Positions 19,912 through 30,624 of a stretch of 64,000 nt of DNA are shown piece after piece. The position numbers were made by a program, and so were the translations under genes. The notes beneath the pieces are model-generated. The model saw only the letters and a program-made list of their open reading frames with translations, searched no databases and had not been told where the DNA came from. This DNA is from Trueperaceae bacterium (GTDB taxonomy: Bacteria; Deinococcota; Deinococci; Deinococcales; Trueperaceae), in contig OZ243913.1 of the NCBI GenBank assembly GCA_965213705.1, positions 224,001 to 288,000 of the forward strand, written 5' to 3'. Position 1 is the first letter of the stretch. The number at the start of each line of letters is the position of its first letter.

Positions 19912-20038
19912 GTCTTTGCGAGCGCAGCGCGGCAATCCCAAGCGCCGAGACTCGTCTGGCAGCGCTTTGCGTGAGGCTGCCTCAGTGCTAGGTTTCAGTG
20001 CAAGGTTGCCTCAATGCTTTCCACTCCCTCGCAATGAC
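19912..20038. repeat. Degenerate RPE-like palindromic element
   Basis: GTCTTTGCGAG...GGCAATC...GGTTGCC...CTCGCAATGAC nested inverted repeats. Confidence 0.6.
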
Positions 20039-20217
20039 TGTACAAACTGACTTTGTGGCTGAGCGGCGCACAACACACGGACCGCGCGCCTAGTTGCTCA
20101 CACTTTTTACAAAACTGTGAAAACCCTTATCCCCCAACCGGGGGATTACATGGTCTTTTGGTTTCAAGTAGGGTGACGGGTGAGTAGGTGGCGAGTCTAC
20201 CGGTTTGGGGCCGAACG

Positions 20218-20754
20218 TTGAAAAACTCAGGGGTTACGCTGCTGGAACTGCTTATCGTCTTGGCGATGCTCGGCATTTTTTTTGCCATCGGCGCGGTCAC
20301 CCTGCCGCGGGACAAGTTCGCCGTGTCCCAGGCGGCGAAGGGGTTGGCTCGAGACTTTCAGGCCGCCCGCTTCGAAGCCATCAGCCGCAACTGGTTCGTC
20401 GGGCTGCACTTAGACCCTGCGACCAACAGCTACCTCATCTACTGCGACAATCCCGTCAATGGCACAATCGGCAACATTATCACTGACTGTCGAGACCCGG
20501 ACTTCGACCCTTTCGACAAAGCTTCCAACAAACAGTACGACGCGGGCAGCGATGTCGTTTTAAAAACCGTGACCCTGTCGAACGACTACGGCAGCCTCGT
20601 CAAGCTCGTGCCCGCCAACTATTCGGCCACGGTTTTCGACCCGCGGGGCAACGTCTACAACGCCGCCAACAAGACGATACAGCTCAGCAACGCGCGGGGC
20701 GGCTACGTCCAAAAAGTCATCCTGAGCCAACAAGGAAGGGCGCGCATCGAATGA
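20218..20754 (+). CDS. Type IV minor pilin (FimT/GspH-like)
   Basis: Class III signal MKNSG|VTLLELLIVL. Start is TTG 20218 or GTG 20188. Confidence 0.85.
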   Translation: MKNSGVTLLELLIVLAMLGIFFAIGAVTLPRDKFAVSQAAKGLARDFQAARFEAISRNWFVGLHLDPATNSYLIYCDNPVNGTIGNIITDCRDPDFDPFDKASNKQYDAGSDVVLKTVTLSNDYGSLVKLVPANYSATVFDPRGNVYNAANKTIQLSNARGGYVQKVILSQQGRARIE

Positions 20755-21251
20755 GGCGAGACGGTCTCACGCTCACTGAGGTCTTGGTCGCGCTGGTCGT
20801 CATCGCGGTTGCGTTTATGGCGCTGGCGAGCGTGCAACTCTCGAACCTGAGTGTGACCAGAGAATCGACGCAAGTCTCGACAGCCACACAGTACGCAAAC
20901 GATTTCTTAGAGGAGAAGACGCGCGAAGTTTTCAAAAAAACAGGCGCAGGATACGCGATTTCAGACTTTTACGCGTGTCCTGACACCACGGCCGTCACCT
21001 GCAGCTTTTCGGAGACGAAGGACCCTTACACGCTTACCGTGAACTTCACAGGCTTGTACCGAGAACCCACCGGCGCAGAAACGCGGACGGTGGACGAGTA
21101 CCTGAACGAAGGCCTTGTCAGGGCGGACGTGGTCGTCACCGGGCCTGCCGAGGTGAGTTTCAGTTCTTACATCAGTTGTTACGACGTGGCTCAAACGACG
21201 CAGCTCGAGCCCATCACCGGCGACCCTTGCCAGAAACCTTACGAACCCTGA
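20751..21251 (+). CDS. Type IV minor pilin (PilV-like)
   Basis: MRRDG|LTLTEVLVALVVI. ATGA overlap with the previous gene. Confidence 0.85.
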   Translation: MRRDGLTLTEVLVALVVIAVAFMALASVQLSNLSVTRESTQVSTATQYANDFLEEKTREVFKKTGAGYAISDFYACPDTTAVTCSFSETKDPYTLTVNFTGLYREPTGAETRTVDEYLNEGLVRADVVVTGPAEVSFSSYISCYDVAQTTQLEPITGDPCQKPYEP

Positions 21252-21892
21252 TGCGTGGCGTACCTACCAAAAACGGTTTCACCATCGTCGAGCTGTTGGT
21301 CACGGCGTCCATCGTCGGGATTCTTTTAAGCATCGTGAGCGTCTTTTTTTCTCAACAAGCCAACGTCACCCGGCAAACACAGGCCAGCCAAGAAGCGGCC
21401 ATTAAAGCCCGCATGGTCGCCGAATTGCTGATTCAGGACCTGCAGGTGGCGGGCTCGAGCGTGGTTGTCGACGATAGCAAATCCAAAACGGTTCAGATAG
21501 GCTGTTCCGCCGGTGGCGTAAAGAAATGTATCGGCGCACCGGGTGGGGGTGCAGGAACAAAAGACAAAGTTTCGATGACTTATGCCACTTCGCTACGTGA
21601 CGAGCCGTGCCGAAACGTGAGTTACGACTTCAACGGCAGCACCTGGCGACGCGGCGAAGCTGTTTGTGGCAGCAACATAAACCATCAGCCTTTAGCAAGC
21701 AACATCCACAAGCTGAATATCGAGTACACCTGCGCCGACGATGACCCCGCTGTCGACGACCCGGCTATTTGCTACGCCAGAGATAGTTTTCCCCGACAAG
21801 CCAAAGTGACGGTGAGAGCGCGCGCAGACGACCTCGACACCGTCGAAGCAGAAGTAGAACTCACAACTACCATGCCCAACCTGAGGTACTGA
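21251..21892 (+). CDS. Type IV minor pilin (PilW-like)
   Basis: KNG|FTIVELLV. TGATG overlap with the previous gene. Confidence 0.85.
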   Translation: MRGVPTKNGFTIVELLVTASIVGILLSIVSVFFSQQANVTRQTQASQEAAIKARMVAELLIQDLQVAGSSVVVDDSKSKTVQIGCSAGGVKKCIGAPGGGAGTKDKVSMTYATSLRDEPCRNVSYDFNGSTWRRGEAVCGSNINHQPLASNIHKLNIEYTCADDDPAVDDPAICYARDSFPRQAKVTVRARADDLDTVEAEVELTTTMPNLRY

Positions 21893-21901
21893 GGAGCCGT
21901 T

Positions 21902-23626
21902 ATGAGAAACCGTCAGGGTTTTATACTCATCACCGTTTTACTCGTTATGGTCGTGGTGGCGCTGCTGGTTGTCGGCACGGCGTTTACAACCCTTGTCAAC
22001 CGGGGCATCACCGCCAACCAGCAAGGTTCGACCGACGCTTACTACATCGCCAAAGCCGGAGCGGAAAAATATAAGACGGTAGTGTTCCAAACGTACCGGT
22101 ACTACCTAGGGCACCTTGACAAGTACAGAAGCAACAACGATTTGAAAGACAACTCCGCCTGCGGCAATTTTCTCAGAATCGGTTTGGACCTCAACCGAGA
22201 TGGGGACCTCGACGACTCAGTAGACCTTAGCGCTGAGGACCTTAGAAAAAAAGACGGTAGAACTCTGGGGCCTTTCAATGAGGGTAACGGCAGCTACACT
22301 ATAAAGTTTGAACTCGAGGATTCCGGGCGCTACGTTGTTCTGACTTCGGTAGGCCGTGTCGGCCGCTCGCGCTCCACCGTTCGGCTTGTTTTAGAGGCCA
22401 GAAACATCAGCCCAATGAGTAACGCACTGTTCGTCGGTGCTGGACAACCTGGCAACATTATTACAGGCGGAGTCAATATTTATGGCAGCGCGTACCTTAC
22501 AGGTAACGAAACCAACTTTAAAGACAGCAATCCGAATAATGACTATATATTTGACGAGAATAGCAGTTTCGCCGTTCACAACTTTTACGAGAAACCAACA
22601 CTGACTAACCTGTTCAAAGACAACACCAACGCCAAGGTTGAGGATTTTTTGAAAACCAATTTTCACGTCCAAAGAAACCTTTGTTCTACGCTGAGGGTAA
22701 AAAACGCCCGTGTAAAAGTGGGGAACAAAGTGAACCTCGGCGACGCTGACGTTCCTGGTTATACAGCCACACTTTCCGGCGTCCATGTGGGAACGGATTA
22801 TTCTGCTGACGTAAAGTTAACGGGCAGCGTCAACGTCTTCGCGGATTTGAAAACGAAGCTTGATGTTGATGAAATTAACTATCCCACTTTAGACAAGCCG
22901 TGTGAGCGTGACTCCAGTGAAACATGGCGTATTTGTCTAAACAAAGATGCTCAGAACCAGAACCCAAACGCCGACGAACCTGGTAGGCGTGGCATAGTTG
23001 TAAGTAATTCCACACCATCTGGTAGCTGGGGAAGCTGTGATTTGACTTCTATCCTCCCGCCCCCAGGTGACACTGTTTATTTTGGGACTATCAACCAAAC
23101 ATGTAAAGGTGCAGATTTATTGGGTAGACCTGTGGGGTTTGAATACAACTCAGGAGAACTCAAAGTGTTTGGACTGGTTCATTTTCAAGGACTGAACGTG
23201 GAATTTACGGAAAACACAAAGCTTAGGTTTGATGGTGGAGCAGGCTTTTTTGTTGAGAAGAAACCACCAGAGACCGGTGTCGGTGGCGACGTCACGATAT
23301 CTGGTGATTTTCTGCCTCGCAGTTCCTTTCCTTATCAAGAAGATGTATTAGGTGTTATTGCGGAAGGAAAGCTCGAGCTGACCGGCCCCACAAGTCAGGT
23401 GGTAGCAGGCGTTTTCTACGCTGGCGAAGAAGCCGACATCGCTGCCGGCGCGACCGTTTTTGGCTCGGTCATAACGAAAAAGCTCTGCGTAGCGGGCTGC
23501 ACTGCTAACGAAGAAGCGAACTTCGTCAAAATTCCCGACCTCGAGTACAACCTCCCACCGGGGTTCAGCCAACTTGCCGACACGACCGTCCCCACCTTCC
23601 GCGTCGCTTCGTTCGAGCGGCGTTAG
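21902..23626 (+). CDS. Large PilX/ComZ-like pilin
   Basis: MRNRQG|FILITVLL lacks Glu5, followed by AYYIAKAG and a large beta-rich C-terminal region. Fourth gene of the pilin operon. Confidence 0.75.
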   Translation: MRNRQGFILITVLLVMVVVALLVVGTAFTTLVNRGITANQQGSTDAYYIAKAGAEKYKTVVFQTYRYYLGHLDKYRSNNDLKDNSACGNFLRIGLDLNRDGDLDDSVDLSAEDLRKKDGRTLGPFNEGNGSYTIKFELEDSGRYVVLTSVGRVGRSRSTVRLVLEARNISPMSNALFVGAGQPGNIITGGVNIYGSAYLTGNETNFKDSNPNNDYIFDENSSFAVHNFYEKPTLTNLFKDNTNAKVEDFLKTNFHVQRNLCSTLRVKNARVKVGNKVNLGDADVPGYTATLSGVHVGTDYSADVKLTGSVNVFADLKTKLDVDEINYPTLDKPCERDSSETWRICLNKDAQNQNPNADEPGRRGIVVSNSTPSGSWGSCDLTSILPPPGDTVYFGTINQTCKGADLLGRPVGFEYNSGELKVFGLVHFQGLNVEFTENTKLRFDGGAGFFVEKKPPETGVGGDVTISGDFLPRSSFPYQEDVLGVIAEGKLELTGPTSQVVAGVFYAGEEADIAAGATVFGSVITKKLCVAGCTANEEANFVKIPDLEYNLPPGFSQLADTTVPTFRVASFERR

Positions 23627-23643
23627 CCAAAAAGCTTGAACCG

Positions 23644-25074
23644 TCAGCTAGTAGGCCGTCTACCAATCCGCCCCGCCGCTACCACGCTCAACAAAACCAG
23701 CCCCACACTGAAACACAGCGCGAACAGTATCCCGTAAACCTCGGTCAACCCCGAACCCAACGCGAGCGCGAACAGCGCCCCGCCGACGCCCGTGCTGATG
23801 GCGGCGGTAAACTGGTCGGCGAGCTGCAAGGACGCCGAGACCGCGCCCTCCTCCCCCGCCGGGGCCAGCGCAAAGGCGAGCACGGAACTGGACGAGTGCG
23901 CCAGACCGATGCCCAACCCCGCCAACATCCAGCCGCCTACGGTGATAAAAAGTGGATAGAAAGCCGTGAACAGGGCGAAAAGTTGCACGCCCAGTCCGAG
24001 CGACACGACAAGTGCGCCCGTAAGAATGCGCGTCGGGCGCTGTTCGCCCCCAAAGTGGGTGTCCAGTCGGTCTTGTGTCCAGGAGCCGAGCGTCCAGCTT
24101 ATCGCGCCGCTGGCAATCGCCAGCCCGGTCGTTGCCGAGGAAAAGCCGTGGACCGAAGTGAGTACGAGGGCTAAAAATGCCTCGACCCCGATAAAGCCTG
24201 CGTAGAACAGCCCCCGCGCCGCTACCACCGCGGGCAGCCCGCGGCGCAGCCGCAACGTGCCCGTGGGCAAGAGAAAGCGGAGGCTCAAAAACGCCAGCGC
24301 GGCCCCGGCGGCAACGGCGAACAGCGCGAGCGGCAAAGACTTCAAACCCAAACCGGCGAGCAGGGTGCCCGTTCCCAGTACCAAGCCAAAAGCCGGGCGC
24401 AATCGGTCCTTTTTGGTGGGTACACTGTCGGGCGCGCCGAGCCGCCGAAACACCGGGGTCGCCAGCAACGCGACCACACCCAGCAACGGCACCATCCCCC
24501 AAAACACCGCGCGCCAGCTCAGCGCCTGGGCGAGCAACCCGGCCAGCGCCGGGCCGACGAGGGCGGGCACCACCCAGGCGCTCGACATCAACGCGACGAG
24601 CCGGGGGCGCAACGTGTCCGGGTAAGCGACGTTGACGGCGGCGTAGAGCGCGGTCAGAATCGCGCCGCCCCCCAAACCCTGCACTACGCGGCCTGCGATG
24701 AGCAACGTCATGTTGGGTGCAAACCCGCTCAGCAGCAGACCCGCCGCGAACAGCGTCAAACCGCCCAAAAACGGGCGGCCGGGGCCGTGGCGGTCGGCCT
24801 GCACGCCGCCGACGACGGTGCCGAGCAGCGAACTCAGCAAAAAGCCGCTGAACAGCCAGCCGTAGAGGGCCCGCCCGGAAAGCGCCGCGGCTATCCGGGG
24901 CGCAACGGTCACGACCGCCAAACTTTCGAACGCAAAGAGGGTGACGCCCAAAACGATGCCGAGCGTCAAGGCCCAGTGTTGCGCGTCGAGCACGCCCTGC
25001 GGCTCGTCGGTGGGTAAGCTTTCGGGTAGGGTCGGCAAGGGGGCGGGCATCGGTTCAGCGTTCAACCGTAGCAC
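23644..25074 (-). CDS. MFS transporter
   Basis: Many transmembrane segments, GVQADRHG, GRVVQGLGGG. Confidence 0.88.
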   Translation of the reverse strand: MLRLNAEPMPAPLPTLPESLPTDEPQGVLDAQHWALTLGIVLGVTLFAFESLAVVTVAPRIAAALSGRALYGWLFSGFLLSSLLGTVVGGVQADRHGPGRPFLGGLTLFAAGLLLSGFAPNMTLLIAGRVVQGLGGGAILTALYAAVNVAYPDTLRPRLVALMSSAWVVPALVGPALAGLLAQALSWRAVFWGMVPLLGVVALLATPVFRRLGAPDSVPTKKDRLRPAFGLVLGTGTLLAGLGLKSLPLALFAVAAGAALAFLSLRFLLPTGTLRLRRGLPAVVAARGLFYAGFIGVEAFLALVLTSVHGFSSATTGLAIASGAISWTLGSWTQDRLDTHFGGEQRPTRILTGALVVSLGLGVQLFALFTAFYPLFITVGGWMLAGLGIGLAHSSSSVLAFALAPAGEEGAVSASLQLADQFTAAISTGVGGALFALALGSGLTEVYGILFALCFSVGLVLLSVVAAGRIGRRPTS

Positions 25075-25156
25075 GCCCCGACACGTTCAATTGGAGGCGG
25101 AAGCTCGAGCCGCTACACCTCAGGTGGAACCAAAGGTTTAACTCCACCCCAAGAAA

Positions 25157-25873
25157 TTACTGAAGCGTGCGCTTAAAAAAGTCCACCATCTCGCTGAAGG
25201 CGTCGTCGGCAATAGCGTCGGTGCGCAGTTGACCGTCTTGAAGCATGAACCCGTGCGGCTCGCCCTGATACACTTTCAGTTCGAAGCGTTTACCCGCCGC
25301 GTCGAGTTCGCCCGCGTACTTGTAAATGTCGCCGATGGCGCTCGGCCGGTCGGCGGTGCCGTGCAAGATGAGGAGCGGCGCGTTTAAGTCGTTGACCAAA
25401 TTGGCCGGCTGCGTTTCGCCCGCATAAGGAAACCCGTACCAGGCGACGCCCGCTTTGAACATGTCCAACTGCGGCAACAGCAGCATGGTGTAGCGCCCGC
25501 CCGCGCAAAAACCAGTCAGGCCGATGTTCTCAGCAGCGACGTCGTCCCGCTCACGCAAAAAGGCGACGCCGTCCTGGACGAGTTGCGACACCGTCCCGTC
25601 GGTAGGCTCTTTTTCAAACGTTTGCCAACCCACCGTCAGGACGACGAAGCCCTCTTCGGCAAAGCGGTCGGTTAAGGTGCGGTAGCCCTCCTCGAGCCCG
25701 TTGAACGAGTGAACCAGGACGACGCCCGGATACGTTCCCGCCTCGCTCGGCGCGGCGAGGTAAGACGCGTAAGCCTGCCCCCCGCTCATAATGTCGACGT
25801 CTTGCCCCTGGGCCAGTCCCGTACTCACTATCCCCAACAAAAGCGTTAACAGTCCTGCAAACCAAAGTTTCAC
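25157..25873 (-). CDS. Secreted dienelactone hydrolase family protein
   Basis: Signal peptide, GFCAGG, HGTAD, HGF. AAAGGAG RBS before GTG 25873. Confidence 0.88.
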   Translation of the reverse strand: MKLWFAGLLTLLLGIVSTGLAQGQDVDIMSGGQAYASYLAAPSEAGTYPGVVLVHSFNGLEEGYRTLTDRFAEEGFVVLTVGWQTFEKEPTDGTVSQLVQDGVAFLRERDDVAAENIGLTGFCAGGRYTMLLLPQLDMFKAGVAWYGFPYAGETQPANLVNDLNAPLLILHGTADRPSAIGDIYKYAGELDAAGKRFELKVYQGEPHGFMLQDGQLRTDAIADDAFSEMVDFFKRTLQ

Positions 25874-26108
25874 AAAGTTCTCCTTTCTGTGACGTCTCAG
25901 TTTAAGGGTTGAAGGCCGGGAAAACTGTAACTGTCCTCGAGGCCTGCCGTTCCGAAAAGAACGAAACGTAACGAAGAACCTCGTTTGTCTCACCGCTTGA
26001 GATTTTTTCGCCATCGCTCAGGACGACGGTCAGAGTGGCGCCGGAAAGCTGGGGGGCATCTCCCTCAACGGATTTTTTCACACGTCGCCGGTACGGTATT
26101 CTCACATC

Positions 26109-27389
26109 ATGGATGTTTCCAGTACCCCTCAACTCGCCGAGCTACAGCAGCAGTACGAGGCCTTCAAGGCGTTGGGTTTAAACCTCACCATGCAGCGCGG
26201 TCAGCCGAGCGACGCGGACTTAGACTTGTCGAACCCTCTCCTCAACGCGGTCGGGCCGGACGACACGGTGACGCCCTCGGGCTTGGACGTGCGCAACTAC
26301 GGCGGCGGCGTGGCGGGTTTGCCGGAGGCGCGTGAGTTGTTCGCCGAAGTGTTGGAAGTACAGCCGAGCGAGGTCATGGTCGGCAACAACGCCTCGCTCG
26401 AGCTGCAAGGCCACGTCCTGAGCTGGGCGCTGCTGCGCGGCCTGACTCACAGCTCCGCGCCTTGGGTCGGGCAAAAGCCCAAGATGATAGTCACCGTGCC
26501 CGGCTACGACCGGCACTTTTTGCTGCTCGAGGCGCTGGGCTTTGAACTCGTTACCGTGAGCATGACGCCGGACGGCCCCGATATGGACGCGGTCGAACGG
26601 CTGGCAGCGAGCGACCCGTCGGTCAAGGGCCTCTTGTTCGTGCCGACCTACAGCAACCCGACCGGCGACACGCTGAGCGAGGCGAACGCACACCGTTTAG
26701 CTCAAATGGCTACCGTCGCGCCCGACTTCACGATTTTCGCCGACGATGCTTACCGGATTCACCATCTTGTTGAAAACCAACCCGCGCCGCCCAACCTGCT
26801 GCAAATTTGCAAGGAGGCCGGGCATGGGGACCGGGTTTACGTCTTCGCCTCAACCTCCAAGGTCACTTTCGGCGGGGCCGGACTCGGTTTTTTGGCGACG
26901 AGCGAGGCGAATGTGGCGTACCTCAGCAGGCTGCTCGGCACGCAGACCATCGGGCCGAACAAGCTCGAGCAGTACCGCCACGTCAAGTTTTTGCGGAGCT
27001 ATCCCGGCGGCATCGCCGGACTGATGCGCGACCACGCCACCCTCATCGCGCCTAAGTTCGCAGCGGTGCAAGAGGTTCTGGAACGCGACCTCGGCGGAAG
27101 CGGCTTGGCGACTTGGACGCAGCCCAGGGGCGGGTACTTCGTCACCCTCGAGACAGCCCGACCCGTCGCCGCTCGAGTTGTCGAACTCGCCGCGGCGGCG
27201 GGTGTCTCGCTCACTCCGGCGGGGGCAACCCATCCCGGTGGGCACGACCCCAAAAACAGCACCCTCCGCCTGGCACCGACCCGCCCGCCGGCTGAGGAAG
27301 TCCGGCGGGCGATGGAGGTTATAGCGGTGTGCGTCAGGCTGGCGTCGGCGGAGTACGAAGCGGAGCAAAGAGAACCAGAGGGAAGTTGA
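26109..27389 (+). CDS. PLP-dependent aminotransferase class I/II (actinobacterial AspAT-like)
   Basis: LNLTMQRGQP, DVRNYG, VPGYDRHF, VPTYSNPTG, FASTSK, LRLAPT. Confidence 0.85.
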   Translation: MDVSSTPQLAELQQQYEAFKALGLNLTMQRGQPSDADLDLSNPLLNAVGPDDTVTPSGLDVRNYGGGVAGLPEARELFAEVLEVQPSEVMVGNNASLELQGHVLSWALLRGLTHSSAPWVGQKPKMIVTVPGYDRHFLLLEALGFELVTVSMTPDGPDMDAVERLAASDPSVKGLLFVPTYSNPTGDTLSEANAHRLAQMATVAPDFTIFADDAYRIHHLVENQPAPPNLLQICKEAGHGDRVYVFASTSKVTFGGAGLGFLATSEANVAYLSRLLGTQTIGPNKLEQYRHVKFLRSYPGGIAGLMRDHATLIAPKFAAVQEVLERDLGGSGLATWTQPRGGYFVTLETARPVAARVVELAAAAGVSLTPAGATHPGGHDPKNSTLRLAPTRPPAEEVRRAMEVIAVCVRLASAEYEAEQREPEGS

Positions 27390-27477
27390 AAGTTGTTTCT
27401 TCTCTTTGCTCCTTACTTTCCAGTCGTTCTAAACGAAAGCTGGCCTGCGAGGTAACCCTTTAAACAAGCTGTTTTAT

Positions 27478-27576
27478 TCCCCTCTTGTCAGGAGGGGCCA
27501 GGGGAGGTTCGCTTCTGAGACTGCTTCAGCAAGTTGTTGGAAGCAAATCCCCCCAACCCCCCCTTGTTAAGGGGAT
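27478..27576. repeat. Inverted pair of C/G-run REP-like hairpins between convergent genes
   Basis: TCCCCTCTTGTCAGGAGGGGCCAGGGGAGG ... CCCCCCAACCCCCCCTTGTTAAGGGGA. Confidence 0.55.
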
Positions 27577-27584
27577 AACCTTTT

Positions 27585-28928
27585 TTACTCTCCTTTGTAG
27601 AACTCGAGCCCCACCGCCGTGCGCGGCTTGAAGCCCTCCCAGTAGGTGTAGTCCTCGGTGGGCGCGCCGCTGTCGTCGACTGCGTACACGCCGTCGTTGG
27701 ACAGCGGCACGAGGTCCAAGTACGCGCCGTAGTCCTCATTTTTAAGTTTTTCGCCCAAAAACGCGGTGACGAAGTGCTGGTTGATGTTGTTGATGCGCGT
27801 CTCGTCCCAGGCGAACTCGGCGTAGCGGGAATACTCGGTCAGGTTGACCTGCGCCGCGGCGGGCGGCGGGTTTGGGGCGACGTTGTGGCGGGCGTTTTCG
27901 TAGACGAGCATGTAGCGCTCGGCGTTGACGGCGTTTTCGAACAGGTACTTGACGCCGCCCTCGTAACCGGCCACGTCGTCCTCTGAGCCGACGATGAACA
28001 GCGTCGGCACCGTGAGCCCGGCCAAACCTTCCGGGTCCCAGAACGAAGCGCCCGGCTGGCCTATGGCTTCCAGCGCGGCCGGACCGCCCCAGGGCGCGAA
28101 GGCGACGACGGCTTTCACACGGGGGTCGGCCTCAATGTTGCCCGCCTGCCGCACCGACAGCGCGCCGCCCGGTACGAAGCCCGAAGCGACCATCCCCTCG
28201 GTGTAGCCCGCCCCGGCCACGTTGAGCGCGCCGTAGCCGCCCATCGAGTAGCCGATGATGGCGGTGTTGTTCGGGTCAACCAGGCCGGACAAGAAATCAT
28301 CGCCCGCGTTCAGGCGCTCCATTTCGTCAATGGTGAAAATCTGGTCGAGCGAGCGGTTGAGCAGCGTGCTGGCGAAACCCTGCACGTTCTCAAACGTCGA
28401 TTCGGTGTGGCCGACGGCGGCGACGACGTAGCCCTTCGAGGCGAGGTTTTCGGCCAAATAGGTCATCATCAGGCGTGAGCCCGGATAACCGTGGGACAGC
28501 ACGACGAGCGGGTACGGCGCGCCGGAAGCGTCCGGCTCGGCGTCGCGGGTGGCGCGGCCCCGGAATTCAAAGGGGATATTCGGACGCTCGGCGTTGTCGG
28601 GACCGTAGCCGAGGACGTCCTGGTAAACTGTCCCCTCCTCTTCCGAGTGGGACATGGCGGTGGGATAAAAAACCTCGAGGGTCAGCGGGCGGTCATAGCG
28701 CGGGTCGGGGGTCTCCTCGGTGAGTGCCAACACGTCGAGTTGGTCGGGGTTGACGGCTTCGATAGTACGCACGCCGATGTTGTAACTTCCCGGCGCGGCG
28801 AGTTCGGGCGCGTCCGGGCGGGGGTCGCCGAAGACGAAGTCGCCCGAGCCGGGCATCTGGGCGAAGGCAGCGGACAAAGTAGCGAGCGTTATCACAAGTA
28901 GAAAAGGCAGCGGGCGGAAACGGTTCAT
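27585..28928 (-). CDS. Secreted alpha/beta hydrolase
   Basis: Signal peptide, LSHGYPG, GYSMGG nucleophile elbow, GSEDD, ARHN. Confidence 0.85.
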   Translation of the reverse strand: MNRFRPLPFLLVITLATLSAAFAQMPGSGDFVFGDPRPDAPELAAPGSYNIGVRTIEAVNPDQLDVLALTEETPDPRYDRPLTLEVFYPTAMSHSEEEGTVYQDVLGYGPDNAERPNIPFEFRGRATRDAEPDASGAPYPLVVLSHGYPGSRLMMTYLAENLASKGYVVAAVGHTESTFENVQGFASTLLNRSLDQIFTIDEMERLNAGDDFLSGLVDPNNTAIIGYSMGGYGALNVAGAGYTEGMVASGFVPGGALSVRQAGNIEADPRVKAVVAFAPWGGPAALEAIGQPGASFWDPEGLAGLTVPTLFIVGSEDDVAGYEGGVKYLFENAVNAERYMLVYENARHNVAPNPPPAAAQVNLTEYSRYAEFAWDETRINNINQHFVTAFLGEKLKNEDYGAYLDLVPLSNDGVYAVDDSGAPTEDYTYWEGFKPRTAVGLEFYKGE

Positions 28929-29009
28929 AAAACTCCCTTTGAGATGTGGTCTCAGATGTCACTATAGCCCTTTAGGAGGTGCGGGGTTAAAGGGTATCCT
29001 GGTGGAACT

Positions 29010-30404
29010 ATGGACCAGACAAGCGTCAAACCCAGAGAGTTCGACGTCGTCGTCGTCGGCACCGGCCCCGGCGGCGAGGGCGCGGCGATGCAGGCGGTCA
29101 AGGGCGGCAAAAGCGTCGCCGTGATGGAGCGCTACCAGGCCATCGGCGGCGGTTGTACGCACTGGGGCACCATTCCCAGCAAGACGATTCGCTACGGCAT
29201 CCACCAACTCTCCGAAGCCAAACAGCAACTGCGCGACCAGGATTTGCAAGTGGACTATTCGTTTCCCGACTTGCGCGCCCAGGCCGACACAGTGATAAAC
29301 GAACAGGTCGACATGCGCCGCGGCTTTTACGACCGCAACGACGTGCCCGTCATCAAGGGCAACGCCCACTTCTTAGACGAGCACACCCTGCAGTCCGACG
29401 ACGGGCTGCACTACTGCGCCGAGACCTTTGTGATTGCTACCGGCTCACGGCCCTACCACCCTAAAGACGTGGACTTCGGCCACCCGCGCATTTTCGACAG
29501 CGACACCGTCCTGGACTTGGCGTTTACGCCGCACTCCATCACCATCTACGGCGCGGGCGTCATCGGCTGCGAGTACGCCAGCATGTTCCGCAACTTAGGG
29601 ATGAAGGTCAACCTCATCAACACTCGAGACAAGCTGCTGAGTTTTTTAGACGACGAGATTATCGACGCGCTGTCTTACCACCTGCGCGACCAGGGCTGCC
29701 TCCTCCGTCACAACGAAGAATACGAGGCCATCGAGGGCGCGCGCGACGGCGTGGTGCTGTACTTGAAAAGCGGCAAGCAGGTCAAAAGCGACATTTTGTT
29801 GTGGGCCAACGGGCGCACCGGCAACACCGACACGTTGGGCCTCGAGTGCGCGGGCTTAAGCGCCAACTCGCGCGGCCAGTTGGAAGTGAACGAAAACTTT
29901 CAAACCGCCAAACCCCACATCTACGCCGTCGGCGACGTGATTGGCCCGCCCGCGTTGGCGAGCGCCGCTTATACCCAGGGCCGCGCCGCGGTGATGCACC
30001 TGCTCGGTTTGGACGAGCACGTCAACCGGCCTCACGACATCCCCACCGGCATCTACACGAGTCCCGAAATCAGCTCCATCGGCAAGACCGAACGCGAACT
30101 CACCGAGGAGCGCGTCCCCTACGAGGTCGGCCACGCGCATTTTAAGAACATCGCTCGAGCCCAAATCCTGGGTCGCCCCGTGGGCCAGCTCAAACTCCTC
30201 TTTCACCGCGAAACTTTGGCGCTGCTGGGCATTCACTGTTTCGGCGTGAACGCCGCCGAAATCATCCACATCGGGCAGGCCATTATGTCGCAGCAGGGCG
30301 AGGCCAACAGCCTGCTCTACTTCCTCGACACGACCTTCAACTATCCGACGATGGCCGAGGCGTACCGGGTGGCGGCGCTGAACGGGTACAACAGGCTGTT
30401 CTGA
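29010..30404 (+). CDS. sthA: Soluble pyridine nucleotide transhydrogenase
   Basis: [13 protein letters not shown] (single Cys), [36 protein letters not shown]. Confidence 0.93.
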   Translation: MDQTSVKPREFDVVVVGTGPGGEGAAMQAVKGGKSVAVMERYQAIGGGCTHWGTIPSKTIRYGIHQLSEAKQQLRDQDLQVDYSFPDLRAQADTVINEQVDMRRGFYDRNDVPVIKGNAHFLDEHTLQSDDGLHYCAETFVIATGSRPYHPKDVDFGHPRIFDSDTVLDLAFTPHSITIYGAGVIGCEYASMFRNLGMKVNLINTRDKLLSFLDDEIIDALSYHLRDQGCLLRHNEEYEAIEGARDGVVLYLKSGKQVKSDILLWANGRTGNTDTLGLECAGLSANSRGQLEVNENFQTAKPHIYAVGDVIGPPALASAAYTQGRAAVMHLLGLDEHVNRPHDIPTGIYTSPEISSIGKTERELTEERVPYEVGHAHFKNIARAQILGRPVGQLKLLFHRETLALLGIHCFGVNAAEIIHIGQAIMSQQGEANSLLYFLDTTFNYPTMAEAYRVAALNGYNRLF

Positions 30405-30417
30405 ATATAATCGACCC

Positions 30418-30624
30418 ATGAGCATCAGCGAGCTAACTACAGTTGTCGCAAAACTGCCCGACAACTTGCAGCAGGAGGTTTATGATTTCGCCAGCTTTCT
30501 GCTCGCAACCAAAGTGGAAAAAGCGCCCCTTACCCGTGTAGCTGGACTTCATAAAGGGAATATCGAGATGAGTGACGATTTCGACGAGCCGCTCGAGGAT
30601 TCTTTTTGGCTGGGCGAGGATTGA
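30418..30624 (+). CDS. DUF2281-family antitoxin
   Basis: LPDNLQQEVYDFASFLL plus GLHKGNIEMSDDFDEPL. TATAAT 6 nt before the ATG. Confidence 0.85.
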   Translation: MSISELTTVVAKLPDNLQQEVYDFASFLLATKVEKAPLTRVAGLHKGNIEMSDDFDEPLEDSFWLGED

